Of a stretch of 64,000 nt of DNA, positions 26,757-40,234 are shown piece after piece; the stretch's first letter is position 1, and every line of letters begins with the position of its first letter. The notes beneath the pieces are model-generated. The model saw nothing but the letters and a program-made list of their open reading frames with translations. It made no database searches and was not told the origin of the DNA. The stretch is from Paraspadella gotoi. Taxonomy: Eukaryota > Animalia > Chaetognatha. The stretch lies in contig CM119263.1 in the NCBI GenBank assembly GCA_051294375.1, positions 23,184,525 through 23,248,524 on the forward strand, given 5' to 3'. A program made the translations under genes and the position numbers.

Positions 26757-27377
26757 TAGAGTGATGTGAAAATGATAAAATTTTAGAAAATTAAAATTTA
26801 GCATATAAAACATGATCATAAAAACCAATAAAAATATTTTGGTAAATTTATTTTTTAATTTTATACATTAGTGGGCACCGGTGAGCTATATTTATATATA
26901 GTAATAAGTATATAATAGGCTAAAATTTCAAAATACAAATTTTTAAATTTTAAGATCGGATTTGGATTCCTTGCAAAAAGTTATTATAAGAAAGTACAAT
27001 TCTTTTTTAAAAATTCTTTTATTAAGTTAGTCAAAAATGAAAAAAAATATATTTAAGACGCCGATTTTAAATTTCCAGCTTAAAAATATAGTTTTTTGTA
27101 ATTTTAACCTACTTAATGACATAATTTTTGAAAAAGATTTTTACTTTCTTCTATTAACTTTTAACGAAGAATCTGAATCTGTTCTTAGAATTAAAAAACA
27201 ACCATTTTAAAATTTTGACATTATATAAGGGTATATACTATATACTATATACAAAATAAGCTGACTGGGCTACTATATTTATAAAAAAAGAAAAAAAATT
27301 ACAGATTAGTATTCACTAATATGATAGTTTTCAAGATATAACTGCTAAATTTTGATTCCAAACTTTCACTTCACCTA
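26757..27377. mobile_element. Second copy of the same fold-back MITE family, 621 bp, with an 8-bp TSD
   Basis: Starts TAGAGTGATGTGAAA and ends TTTCACTTCACCTA. TTATGGAG flanks both sides (26749-26756, 27378-27385). Internal blocks are colinear with the 1806-2430 copy (GCTATAT..ATATAGTA, GATTTG..TTCCT..CAAAA.GTT, ACTTAATGA) and the length is almost identical. Confidence 0.85.
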
Positions 27378-28508
27378 TTATGGAGTATGGACGGCAGGCT
27401 TTTTCGTGAATCAGTTTCTTCAATTAAGAGTTCAGTTACAGTTTGTCGGGGTCGAGATTGGGATCAACATCAACTTTTGGCTCAGACAATAAATTTTTAC
27501 AAATTAAAAATAATTTTATTCATTTGTATATCAATCAAAATTGTGTTATAATTTTTTTTTTAATTATTTTTTTAATCTAAAAGTTATTAAATAAAAAAAA
27601 ATTATATCAAAATTTATTATTTATTATTCATTAATTATTGTTTTATTTTAGGGTAAAAAGTTCGTTCTAGAAATCACAAGTTCATTTTCAGAGAAAAAAA
27701 TTGTTCCCTTTTTTTCTTTTTTTATTCCTATTCGTTTACTTAGTCAATAATCATCGACGTTTCCATGCCAACGAAACTCGAAGAGCAGACAATCCTGCCC
27801 ATTATTTTCAAAAGTAGAAGTGGGTTTGGCGGTCGTCAGTAGTTAAAAATCTAAATATAATTATAATTTTCGTAAACGTTTAAAATCTCATCGAACGGCC
27901 GCCGACGTTATTGTTCAGTGTTCACTTTATGCATGACTTTTACAAAAATATATCTCGAATATTTCGTAATCCTCTCGGACAGGGTCGCTTGTTCGCAACT
28001 CACAAACCAAAGCTCCAAGTGTCCCTTCCGTTCGACTTTGAACCAAAAACTCGCCTCTTTTCGCTTCCAACGCCGCAACCCGTTCGTCCACTCCCCTCGC
28101 TCCCAAACACGCCCCTATGACCAGAGAGAGAAAGAGAGAGTGAGAGCGAGAGAGATAGTAGAGAAAGAGAGCGAGAACCCCATAGAGACTTAATGAAATT
28201 TTTATGCGAGGTGATTATCTTTGTTTCAGCTAGAGACATCATGATAGGATCAGGCCAAACTGAGAATGAGAAAGAAGAGGAGGAGGAGGTGGAAGAGGAG
28301 GAGCATGGTGGGAGAAAGAGAAGGGAGGAGGAGGAGGAAGAGGAGGAAGGAGGACGGAACGGTCATTCCGTCTACAGAAAGAATGAAGGGTTGAGATTAT
28401 TATGATGAAAGCGCAGGAATCTCGCTTCAACGTACATCTGCGTAAATTGCGATTTCCATTGTTTATATCTATGATTCTCTCTCTCTCTGCTCTCTCTCTC
28501 TCTACTCC

Positions 28509-28539
<31 letters not shown>

Positions 28540-30235
28540 TCCTCTCTCCTCTCTGTCTCTCTCTCTCTCTCTCTAATAGCTTTTCACACATCATATTTGA
28601 GTCATCAATACCGACTCGTTACAGCCTTAATCATTACTGTTTCATCATTTTTTAATGCTACCAACCTCTCCGTGAGATGGCGCTCGCGACAAACAAAGTC
28701 TTCGAAGAGATTTTTTTTATTCTCAATCTCCCGAGTTTCGGTCGTGGGGATTTTCCTTTTTCTTCTCCTCAAGAAGAGCGAAACAGAGAGAAGAGAGAGA
28801 GAGAGGGATTTTTTCGCCCCTCGAATTTCCTCTTCATTTGCAAGTTGTAATTTCCTTCGAGTTCATAATGAGTTCCGAACCAGAGCCAGCGCCGAAAAGA
28901 GGTGGGGTGGTGGCGGTGGCGGAGGTGGTACGGGAAAAGGGAGGGGTGGTATCGGCGGTGGTTTAGGAGGTAGAGGGAAGAGGTGTGAGAGCTTTAGCAG
29001 TTAGAGTTTAATAGGGCCCTTTCTTTGCATTAAAGATACGTAAAGGTGCAGGCGTGAGCATTTTTTATGTGGTAAGGTTAAAATGGAGTATTTTTAAAAT
29101 TAAATACCTAAAAAAAAATGGAAACGAAAGGCAAAACATTTTTTTCCCTTTGCCTCTTGTTTTTTAACACCTTTTTTTTCGTAAATAAAAATCCCCGAGC
29201 AAATGAATGAGGATAACATTAAGCTCCTCGTTCCCCTCATTAAATTCCCACCCCCCCCTCACCAACTCCTTCACCCCTTTGAAATTCCTCCACCCATGAA
29301 AGGTGTTCCGGATTAAAATTCCACATCTAAAAATCTCAGTTTATCTTCCATTCCAATTCCGGTTGTCTCGTTGGGACCATAAAACCCGCAGGGGTTCGAA
29401 AGAATTTTCGATTTCTTTCTTCTTTTTTTTTAGTCTGAAAAATAAGGGAAAAAAATGTTTATTGATTTATTTCGTATTTTTGTTATACTAGCCATAGCCA
29501 ATTAATATCTAAATGTTTTCGTCGTTTACTTGGATTTCTTACAAAAAAAAAATTTCTTAGCGAAATAAAGAAAAAGATTTTATTGGCCCCTGTCTTTCCC
29601 CCCCCCTACTTTGTTCCTTTTTTCAATGGCACACCCTCTCAAATGAAGAATGACAGAAGCAATCTCTACGGGCTCATTGCAGATCATGAGACAGATGAGA
29701 GTCGCGCCGACGACAACAACAACAACGACGACGACTACGCTAGCGGGGGCCGGGATCAGGAAGGAGCGATAGATCGAGGGAGTTAAGCCTTTTACAGATT
29801 GTTTCAGCCTGAATTTCATGCAAATCGTGGCTGGCGTCTCGGAGGAGCTCTCCCGCCCCCGAGGCGGCCCCCGGCCCCGCGACAAGCCGAGAGAGCCTTT
29901 GAAAGGGTTGACATTGGGAATCACCAGCTTGACTTTTTTAAGACGACCCAAAGTAGCGGCAGAGGGGATTCGAGAATTTTCTTCTTTTTTTTTTTTTGCC
30001 TTATTTCTTATTCAGGGGAATTTTTTTCTTTTTTTTTCTTTTTCTTATTTTTATTTTTAGGCTTTTTTTCGGGCGGGTCTTTCTTTCCATATTGCGGCCC
30101 GGATCTATTTTACATGTCGTAGAATCTTTAGGTTTTCACAGAAGTGAGACGACATCACGAGAAGCGAGACTAGTCACGTGTGTGTGTGTATGTGTGAGAA
30201 CGAATTTAGTCCTCATAACTGCGATCCAGACTGCG

Positions 30236-30284
<49 letters not shown>

Positions 30285-32523
30285 GACAATAAGGGTTAAA
30301 ACGATACTCGTAACGACCCCGCCGACCCTTCTTAACCCCGATGAAAAAAAATTTATCTTTTTTCTTTTCGTCTTCGGGAGATGGGGGAGAAAGAGGAGCA
30401 GGATTGAGGTCCGGGTAGTGGCGGGGAGGCATATACTTGAACATCGCGGACCAATTTCGGTCACTCTCTTCCTCTCCGCCGCGGACATCCGGGCTTCAAA
30501 TGACGGAAGTCCGCGATACCGAGCGGAGCTCAAAGTCGAATATAGTAAAAAAAATTAAAAAAAAAAACCGAAAGAAAAAAAGAAATAAAGAAGCGAAAGA
30601 AGAAGTTGTGTTAAACAAGAGGTTGCTAGGCAAACAAGTTGGATCTGCCCACGATAATTAAGCGGTAATCAGCTAAATAAAGAAATAAATAAATAAATAA
30701 AAAATACTAAAGTAGAAATAATTACAAATAAAGTATAACTAATTTTTTTAACTATTATTATTTTTTTGACTTGCATCATTTTTTTTTCAACTTGCATCAT
30801 TTTCCAGACAACTGTTTTGTACGGGCTTTTGTTTCAGCTTTGCTCCACTCTTGGTATAAAGCGACCTCTCAAAACATTACTGCGCTAAGGCAACTTTCCA
30901 GACAAAAGACAGTGTCAAAAACTGTGCAAGACCTTATTATTTATTATCTAATTTTACATTGAGGTAACCAAATTAGAATTTAATAGGAATTAAATCAATT
31001 ATTGTTAAAGTGGAGAAAAAAAGGTTTATTTGCAGTATTTAAATTTAAAATTTTAATTAGTATTAAGTACAAAAGTCTCATTATTAGTAAAAGGAAGTGC
31101 TGTAAAGGAAATCACAGCGCCCAACAACTTGAACTTGCTGGTTCGTTGTATATTCGTTAGTAGCTTATAAATTCAACTAAAAGGCAAACCGTTTTCACTT
31201 ATTTTTATCATGGTAGTTAAATAGGTTTAAAAGTTGTTTAATTTTGTGCTGTATTTTCACTTTTCTTGTCATTCTGTTTAAATAAATTCTTCTTATTTTT
31301 TTAATATAAATATTAAAATATTGATCGTCGTCTCTCCGACAAAAACGACAATGAAGATGATGACATGACCTCTTTAGCGATTGTCTGCAACTTGATATTT
31401 TAACTTAAAATTTTAAATGAAGAATACACGCAAAGAAAAAACAAAAACAATGTTTAAATATCATGTATAAGAAGGAAAAAATTTTCCTCACTAAAGAGAA
31501 TCATATTTCATACCATATCGTCATATCATCGTCTGGTCACTGTCACCTCACCACTAATCAAGAAAAGTATAGATCCATTAAAAAATTGCCACAATTTTTT
31601 ACTTGCTTTGTTTTACTATTGGTTGTATTTTTTTCTTTATTTTTGGTTTGAGTAGAAATGAATTATTGTGTTGACGTACAACGAGTCTTATATGAAACAT
31701 TAATTTCGGACATTGTTTCAGAGCTTCAATGTAAGCCTTCATCAGCGCAAAAACAAAATAATTATTTTTTTTAATTAATTTTATTTTTAAAATAGTTTTT
31801 CATTTTTTCATCATTTACTATAATATTTTTTTTTAATTATAAACGTTGTCTCAAAAACAACGAAAAAGAAAGGCAATTATCCAAAAAATAAGTAAAAACT
31901 AAAAATAAAGTTTCCGTCCGCGACCACGATCTACGGACGTGGTCCTATTGATCTACGGATTTCTCCCGATCAGAAATAATTTTCTAGAATCCGCGACCTC
32001 GAGTCCCGGCGGCAAAGATTGGCTGGCCGACGTGGTCCGTGGCTTCCAAGCCGCGAATCTGGAGTATACCCATGGTGGCGGGGGTTGAATTGTGAAAAGG
32101 AGAAAGAGTGGCAGGGTAGAGAGAGTGGCGAGGAGTGCAGAGTGAACATTCAACAGTAAAGAGGAGAAAAACTTGGGATGAAAGCAAAGGATTGATAAAG
32201 AAGTGGAAAGGAAAATAAAACGTTCTATGCGTTCAAAGATAAACGATGCTTATCGATTAAGTCATGGGATTAAGGGAGCCTCACCTTCTTACCGAAGTGA
32301 AGGATATTCGTCACATTATCACCAACTTTCCTCTTTCCCTACCATTTTCGGTGTGGGTGGGAATTTCGCGAGAGGCTAGAGATCGGGATTTTCCCCCGAT
32401 GCAATTACAAATTTGACTCTTCTCCTAAATACAAAGAGAGGCTCGTTTTCGCTCTGTCGCTCTCTCTTTCTCTCTCTCTTTCCTTTTAACTTTATCTCCC
32501 GGTCTCTTTCTCTCCCTTCCTCC

Positions 32524-32661
<138 letters not shown>

Positions 32662-33151
32662 CTCTAATCGCGACGCCATCTAATGGTCCGCCATTTGGAA
32701 AACGGTGCGTAATCTTAAAGTTCCATTTTCACGAAGTGGGAAAAAAAGTTGATCTGCCGAGGATTGGAAAGGGTCGTCGAGGGTGGAGGTGAGTTAAATA
32801 GCCTCACCCTCTACTCATTTCCAACGGGGAGGCTGCGTGTGGGAAGGCGGGAGGGTGAACGTGAAAAGGAAAACATCGACCTCCCCTGATTTTGTGAAAA
32901 GCCAATGAATCGAATCCGTGAATTTTCGAGGCGCTTTCTTTCGAGCTCAATTTCGACTCTATTTCATTCCGCTCTCCTCTCCTCTCTCTCTCTCTCTCTC
33001 TCTCCTCGCTCTCTCTCCTCCTCTCTCTCTCTCTCTCTCTCTCTCTCGCTTCTCTCTCTCTTCTCTAAATACTCCGCACGGATGGAAAACAAAGGAACTT
33101 CTTTCGCGTAAATCTCCTAACAATCTGCAAAACATTTCTAAGCTTTCATTT

Positions 33152-33829
33152 GTGTACCATTTGTTTCTCTACCCTTTTTCTTTCGCCCCTTTATTTTGAC
33201 CCGTCTCCGTCATTCGGTCTCCGTTTACTCATACTCTCCAATAATAAAACATAACTCTACTTTCTTGACGTCCTCATCCTCTTATCCTCTATCAAAAATC
33301 TCACCTTTACTATCACTCATCCCTTTCTCTCTCTCATTCCTTCATCCTTCTTTCTACCCATTCCGCTCCACCGTCTCTCCACTGTCTCGCCCTCTTCCAC
33401 CCTCCACCCCCACACCGCCCCCCTCGCGCCTCCCGGATGAAATTTCCCAAAAGTCATTCTTTTTTTCAAGCCCAGATGTCAACCCCGAATTAATACCTTC
33501 AACTCCATCCTCCTCTTTNNNNNNNNNNNNNNNNNNNNNNNNNGTGTACCTTTGTTTTTCTACCCTTTTTCTTTCGCCCTTTTATTTTGTAACCCGTTCC
33601 GTCATTTCTTTCGCCCTTTTATTTTGTAACCCGTTCCGTCATTCGGTCCGTTTTACTCATTACTCTCCAATAATAAAACATAATTTACTTTCTAGCGTCC
33701 TCATTGCCTCTTTTCCTCTATCATTAAATCTCATCCTTTACTATCACTCATCCCCTTTCTCTCTTCTCATTCCTTTCATCCTTCTTTTCCTCCCATTTCC
33801 GCTCCACCGTCTCTCCATCTGTCTCGTTC
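33152..33829. repeat. Short near-duplication (~33152-33390 vs ~33544-33829) across an N gap; probable assembly artefact
   Basis: GTGTACC..TTTGTTT..CTACCCTTTT..TTTCGCCCTTT..TACTCTCCAATAATAAAACATAA..CCGCTCCACCGTCTCTCCA occurs on both sides of the gap with indel noise. Confidence 0.75.
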
Positions 33830-34967
33830 NNNNNNNNNNNNNNNNNNNNNNNNNNNNNNNNNNNNNNNNNNNNNNNNNNNNNNNNNNNNNNNNNNNNNNN
33901 NNNNNNNNNNNNNNNNNNNNNNNNNNNNNNNNNNNNNNNNNNNNNNNNNNNNNNNNNNNNNNNNNNNNNNNNNNNNNNNNNNNNNNNNNNNNNNNNNNNN
34001 NNNNNNNNNNNNNNNNNNNNNNNNNNNNNNNNNNNNNNNNNNNNNNNNNNNNNNNNNNNNNNNNNNNNNNNNNNNNNNNNNNNNNNNNNNNNNNNNNNNN
34101 NNNNNNNNNNNNNNNNNNNNNNNNNNNNNNNNNNNNNNNNNNNNNNNNNNNNNNNNNNNNNAAACAATCCGTTGGCTTTTGCTATCAGACAGAGTCGGAA
34201 AGGCGTCTCTTTTTAAATCTTTTCGCGGTAAATTTACACATAACTTGCCTCAGCTTTTGCAGCATTAAAAAAATGACAGGGAAGAACGGATTTTAATATT
34301 TACGATTTTCTGCTACATAAAAAAATAAATAAATAAATTTCAGAATATTTTATGGACAGTTTTCGGCGATACGTAAATTTCTAGGCATTTATTAANNNNN
34401 NNNNNNNNNNNNNNNNNNNNNNNNNNNNNNNNNNNNNNNNNNNNNNNNNNNNNNNNNNNNNNNNNNNNNNNNNNNNNNNNNNNNNNNNNNNNNNNNNNNN
34501 NNNNNNNNNNNNNNNNNNNNNNNNNNNNNNNNNNNNNNNNNNNNNNNNNNNNNNNNNNNNNNNNNNNNNNNNNNNNNNNNNNNNNNNNNNNNNNNNNNNN
34601 NNNNNNNNNNNNNNNNNNNNNNNNNNNNNNNNNNNNNNNNNNNNNNNNNNNNNNNNNNNNNNNNNNNNNNNNNNNNNNNNNNNNNNNNNNNNNNNNNNNN
34701 NNNNNNNNNNNNNNNNNNNNNNNNNNNNNNNNNNNNNNNNNNNNNNNNNNNNNNNNNNNNNNNNNNNNNNNNNNNNNNNNNNNNNNNNNNNNNNNNNNNN
34801 NNNNNNNNNNNNNNNNNNNNNNNNNNNNNNNNNNNNNNNNNNNNNNNNNNNNNNNNNNNNNNNNNNNNNNNNNNNNNNNNNNNNNNNNNNAACTTTGGGG
34901 CTTTGGGATTTGTTTATGTCTGTCGATATAGCGTACTTAAGAATGCAATGTTAATAGTACCAAGTGT

Positions 34968-35049
<82 letters not shown>

Positions 35050-35265
35050 GAGGAGAGAGAGAAACCATGATATAAAATTTATTTAGTAATCCAATAAAGA
35101 AGCTAGATCTTGCTAACTACGTATCTTTGGACGGGTTAAGCTGCGAACTACTCGCGCATCGAGAACAAAGACGAATCAGAAAACTGTTTCTATCTCTCCC
35201 GCCGGAACTGACTCCTCTCTTCTCGTGCACGAATCTCCAAGTTGAACTCATTGTTGCCGAGGTCA

Positions 35266-35297
<32 letters not shown>

Positions 35298-35586
35298 CGA
35301 AATCGGTATTGGTCGCGATTTCAATTCACGATCAGCTGTTGGCTCATTTCTTGTGGTCCTCGACCATCTGTCTCCTCATATCGTCCTCATAGTCGTCGTC
35401 AATGGCCAACGGAGCCAAATGGCCAACCCTTAATCATTGAGTGTCTAAACGCAGCGGTCAGGACGTTGGACTAAAAGTCGAGCGACCAAAAAATCCAAAA
35501 CGACGTAAATTGATTTTCCTCGTCATTTAATCGCAATCAAAAAACTTAGCCAATTCCATCAGACAAACAACCAATCAACTTTCGCC

Positions 35587-36335
35587 ATGGCGATTTTCTC
35601 CTTAACCTTGAAGGATCCCTTATTGGCTGGAGGAGAACAGGAAGACCCAATTGACGACGAGGACGAAGAAGAAGAAGACGAAGAAGAAGGCCAAAGCGAG
35701 GGCGAAGAAGGCGAAGGCGAGGAAGAAGGCGAAGGCGAGGAAGAAGGCGAAGACGAAGGCGAAGACGAAGGCGAAGGCGAAGACGAAGGCGAAGGCGAAG
35801 ACGAAGGAGAAGACGAAGACGAAGGCAAAGGCGAAGACGAAGGCGAAGACGACCAGGAGACGGAGGATGCTAGCGGCGACGTCGTCCAAGACAGTGACAT
35901 CGACGAACCTGTCGACGACAGCGTCGGCCGCGGCAGACGCGGCGTGGAGGATGGCAGCGACGGAATCGTGGAAGAAGAAGACCGCGACGAGGGGGAAGTC
36001 GTCCTAGACGCCGGCAGCGCCGCCTTTGCCCGCTTTCACGCTAAATACACCGTGCCGAAAATTCCGAATCCCGAAAGGACGCGTAGTGATTCGTTGAGAA
36101 ATTTGGCGGGTGAGTGAGAAATCAGTTATTTTTCTTTATAAATTAAAGATTATATATAAATTTTTTTTTTTTTTTTGAAGAAACCGAAAAAACATTTAAT
36201 TTTCGCTTTGACTTTTTAGCTCGATGGGACCGATGGGATCTTTACCTCAAGTTAATACTCGTTCTTCTCTTGGTTTACCTCGTAGTAGCAGTTGTTTTGA
36301 TCGGTTTTGTTATTAACCGATTAGTGAACGAATGA
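35587..36335 (+). CDS. Two-exon acidic (E/D/G-repeat) tail-anchored membrane protein, ~212 aa (exons 35587-36109, 36220-36335)
   Basis: GCCATGG Kozak start. GTGAGT donor at 36110 (phase 1) and TTTTTAG acceptor at 36219 join in frame to ARWDRWDLYLKLILVLLLVYLVVAVVLIGFVINRLVNE*, a C-terminal hydrophobic helix. AATAAA at 36399-36404. Confidence 0.8.
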
Positions 36336-37015
36336 CTTACCGACAAAGTCCGCGTTCTATTTAATTTATTTTATTGTAAAGAAAATTCGTTTGATTGAAA
36401 TAAATTAATTGTGTAAATGTTTTTAGCTTTAAATACTTTGAAATACAGAATTTGTTTGTAATAAATTATTAGTATTAATGTTTTAAATAACAGAAAATTA
36501 AAAATAGTTAAAATTCCATATATTCAGGTTTTGCAAGCGAAATTTGCTAGTTTTTTTAAATCCTTCAAATAAACAAATAAACTTTGTTCACAATCAGCAA
36601 AACGGAGATGATCAGCGTGAGGGCTCTTAAGTTTTAAAAATGAAATGTCAAATGTACCGTAGAACTGTTTACAGAGCGGAAGTTATTTTCAATTTTTATA
36701 CGTGAATCGTTCTTTTCGTCGATTTAGCAGACGACTGCAATTTCATTCTTTAAAAAAAAAAAAAATATATTAAAAAAAAAAAAAAAAATTAAAGTTGGAC
36801 TAAATTAAATCGCGAAATGGAAAGGATCGACGAGCAAAGGCCGGAGCTTAATTTGTAAATGTCACATCCTCTGGCGAATCGGAATTCACCGCCTCATCCG
36901 CCCATTTTTTACCGCCCTTTCCTTCTTTCATTCTTTCTTTCTTTCCTTTTTTTTCTTTCTTTCTTTCTTTCTTTTTTCTTTTTTTCTTTTTTTCTTTTTT
37001 TCTTTTTTATTTATT

Positions 37016-37071
<56 letters not shown>

Positions 37072-37504
37072 TTTTTATCTTTCTCGAGAAAATTTAGTCT
37101 GTCTCTCTCAAAAAGAGAGTTCTACAACATCTCGGTTCTGGTTCTCGACCTACATATTGTTTTAGTTTCCTTCTGTCTGATTCTGATTCACATCATAAAG
37201 TTCAGATAGTGAAATGGTTCTTTACTTCTTAAACCTAAAAAGCAGTTGACGTGATGTGATAATGATTGAAAAGTGCCTCAAAAGGCCATGGAAAAAGAGG
37301 AAATATTGCCAATATTCATTCTCAGATCAAAGAGAAACAGAAGAGGGAGAATGAGATGCAGAGAAAGAGAGAAGGATTACGAGATAGAGCAGACGAGAGA
37401 GAGGAGATGATACTCGAGTAGACGATGAGACCGACCGTGCCCCGCTAAACTCGGAGAGCACCATACCGAGACAGGAGACGAGAAGAGAGAAGAGAGAGAG
37501 AGAC

Positions 37505-38107
37505 GAGAGAGAGAGAGAGAGATAGACAGCCGCACCTCAACTTCCCGCATACGCCAATAAATAAAAAATATTGCAAAGAGCGTTTCCCATAGACTGGCCC
37601 TTTTTCTAGAGCGTCGAAGTATCGACCCTCTGGCCATAAAAAAAAAAAAAAGATAAGAAAGAAAAAAAAAGCCTCTGATTGAACGACAGGAAGGCGCGAG
37701 GCCCGCGGGAAATAAAAAAGCACAAAAAAACAAACAACAAAAAAAAAAAAGAAAGCGGTCTCGCTCTTTTCTCTCATCTTTTGTCGGAGAAAGGCAGGAA
37801 ATACTTTTGTTTTGCGACATAAAAGCCATAAAATCGGAATTGCGAGAACTATCACTCTTGGTTTTTATCCCTGCAATAAAATGCTTCAAGTGACAAATCA
37901 TCGTTATCTCCCAAGTAACAATCCCGAGATATTGAATAATCTCCAGCATTCTATTCATCACGGGGAAACATTGGCTTTTTTCCCTTACATTCTCGTGTTT
38001 TTCCGTCTCCACCCTTGTCAACACAAAAGTTTTATTTTTCCCTCAGCTCTCTTCTTCATCTCTCTCCTCATCTCTCTCTCTCTCTCTCATTCTCCTCTCT
38101 CTCTCTA

Positions 38108-38151
<44 letters not shown>

Positions 38152-38903
38152 TCTCCTCTCTCTCTCTCCTCCTCTCTACTCTCGCGCTCCTTCTAAAATC
38201 TTTTCAAGCGAAGCATTTTTTTCGTTGCAGCTGATAAATAAGTAAATACTTCTTTCTCTTTCTGTCTCTTCTTTCTCTTTTCCCTCCAAAGCAGCCGCGA
38301 AGCCATTAACGTTAGTTTTGTTTTAATACCAACAAGCCTTTGATCTCTTCTNNNNNNNNNNNNNNNNNNNNNNNNNAGAGAGAGAGATAGACAGCGCACC
38401 TCAACTCCCGATACGCATAAATAAAAATGCAAAGAGCGTTTTCCCATAGATGGCCCTTTTCTCAGGCGTCGAAAGTATCGCCTCGGCATAAAAAAAAAAA
38501 GGAAAAAAAGAAAAAGCACCTGAGTGACGAAGAAGCGCGAGGCCCGCGGGAAAAAAAAAGCACAAAAAAGCAACAACAAAAAAAAAAGAAGCGGTCTCGC
38601 TCTTTTCTCTCATCTTTTGTCGGAAGAAGGCGAGGAAATACTTTTGTTGCGACATAAAAGCCATAAATCTGGAATTGCGAGAACATCACTTTGGTTTTAT
38701 CCCGGCAATAAAGCCTCAAGTGACAAATCATCGTTTCTCCCAAGAAAATCCCGAGATATGAAAATCTCCCGATTCTATTTTCACGGGGAAAATGGCTTTT
38801 CTACATTCGTGTTTTTCCTCCACTTGTCAACACAAAAGTTTTTTTTTCCCTCCGCTCTCTTCTTCATCTCTCTCTCTCTCTCTCATTCTCCTCTCTCTCT
38901 CTA

Positions 38904-38950
<47 letters not shown>

Positions 38951-39103
38951 CTCCTCGCGCTCCTTCTAAATCTTTTCAAGCGAAGCATTTTTTTGTTGAG
39001 TGATAAAAAGTAAATACTTCTTTCTCTTTCTGTCTCTCTCTTTTTCCCTCCAAAGCAGCCGCGAAGCATTAACGTTAGTTTTTTTAATACCAACAAGCCT
39101 TTG
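37505..39103. repeat. Tandem near-duplication (~37505-38342 vs ~38377-39103) across an N gap; probable assembly artefact
   Basis: Both copies run from GAGATAGACAG..CGCACCTCAAC to TTAATACCAACAAGCCTTTG. They differ mostly by scattered single-base deletions in the second copy. Confidence 0.8.
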
Positions 39104-39224
39104 TTCGTTTTTGCTCATGCCCAAAATTTAAGTAAACAAAGAGAACAATACAATTGGGTAAAAAAAAAACTGATTCGAAAATATGTACGTTTCATGACGA
39201 GGGAGCGGTACAAAGCGGATATCA

Positions 39225-40085
39225 TTAATAACGTGTCGTTTTAGTTCGATTAAATTTCGAAACTTTAATTAAAGAAATAAGTCGTAAACGGAAAATTATA
39301 ACTAAAGTTAAATAACGATTAACGCCGTTCAACCCGCCATTGTACTCGAATTCATTCTTCTGCACGAGACTACTTTTAATCAATGCTCTTGCACTCAGCT
39401 CCACTCTATTCCATTGCCCGTAGCCCCTCCCTACCCTCCCCCCCCAGAAACACTCTTCACATCCCCGCCCTCTTCTCAGTGACTTTCCACGAATCCTTCG
39501 CAATTCCGTCATTGGGACGATGTAACCGCCGAAGGACGAAGAGACGTTGTCGTAGTTCATCACGAGTCGATCCTCCAGCGAATCCGGCCGGCGGCTGCAG
39601 AGCAGCAGCAGGAACAGCAGCAGAGCGAAGATGCCGATGACGATGACGAGGCCGATGAGGAACTGCACGCCCTCGTCGAGGCCCAATTCCGGGGTCTCCG
39701 TGGTCACGGAGGAGTTTGTGGGCGTGGTGGAGGCGTTTGTGGGCGTGGCTGTGACGTTTGTGGGCGTGGTGGAGACGGAGATCGTAATGGATGGAGTTTG
39801 AGTTGTGGGATCGAGAGTAAAAGTTTCATTATCGAACTCGTTGGTTGTGTCGTTTTCGACGCTTGACCGGGAGGGTGGCGCGGGTTTGAATCCGGGAGTG
39901 GAATCGACGTCGATGGAACTTTCTGACGAAAACAACGCCGGTAAAGTCCCTCGCGGCGTCTCGGCGTCGTAAGGCGTGACGGTAGTCGGCGTGGAATCGG
40001 CGCCGGTCGTCTTCACGGTCGATAACGTCGTCGCCGAGGAACGATTCCATCCTATCAACAGTAAAACGAAGATCGAGAAATTCAT
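39225..40085 (-). CDS. Mucin-like (Ser/Thr/Pro-rich) single-pass type I membrane glycoprotein; exact C-terminus uncertain
   Basis: Signal peptide MNFSIFVLLLIGWNRSSA. T/S/P-rich ectodomain with N-glycosylation sequons (NDT, NET, NVT, NAS, NSS) and TPTN repeats. TM helix VQFLIGLVIVIGIFALLLFLLLLC followed by SRR, then a cytoplasmic YDNV. The last ~80 codons look less protein-like and may be spliced differently. Confidence 0.78.
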   Translation of the reverse strand: MNFSIFVLLLIGWNRSSATTLSTVKTTGADSTPTTVTPYDAETPRGTLPALFSSESSIDVDSTPGFKPAPPSRSSVENDTTNEFDNETFTLDPTTQTPSITISVSTTPTNVTATPTNASTTPTNSSVTTETPELGLDEGVQFLIGLVIVIGIFALLLFLLLLCSRRPDSLEDRLVMNYDNVSSSFGGYIVPMTELRRIRGKSLRRGRGCEECFWGGRVGRGYGQWNRVELSARALIKSSLVQKNEFEYNGGLNGVNRYLTLVIIFRLRLISLIKVSKFNRTKTTRY

Positions 40086-40234
40086 GATTCGTTATTTCTT
40101 GTTTCTGGAATCAAACTCTTTTTTCTGTTTATCGTTGTTCCTCTCAGTTTTTTCTGTTATTTTTGTCGTTGTTGTTGTTTCGACTCGAATTCCGATGATT
40201 CAACGGATCTTCTGATTCGGTGCTACTCGATACC

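Noticed and set aside
33152-33829. Apparent short duplication and the 366-aa ORF 33196-34296
   Set aside because: Same gap-flanking indel-noise pattern. The ORF runs through Ns and CT-rich repeats.
35175-35430. Minus-strand acidic reading (..DDDYEDDMRRQMVEDH.. / ..SIDDDDDDDDDDLGNNEFNLE..) divergent from the acidic gene
   Set aside because: Needs a frameshift, lacks a good ATG and is largely explained by a (GAC)n repeat.
37505-39103. Apparent ~800-bp tandem duplication
   Set aside because: The copies abut an N gap and differ mainly by scattered single-base deletions, the signature of an unpolished read or unmerged contig overlap. Read depth would settle it.
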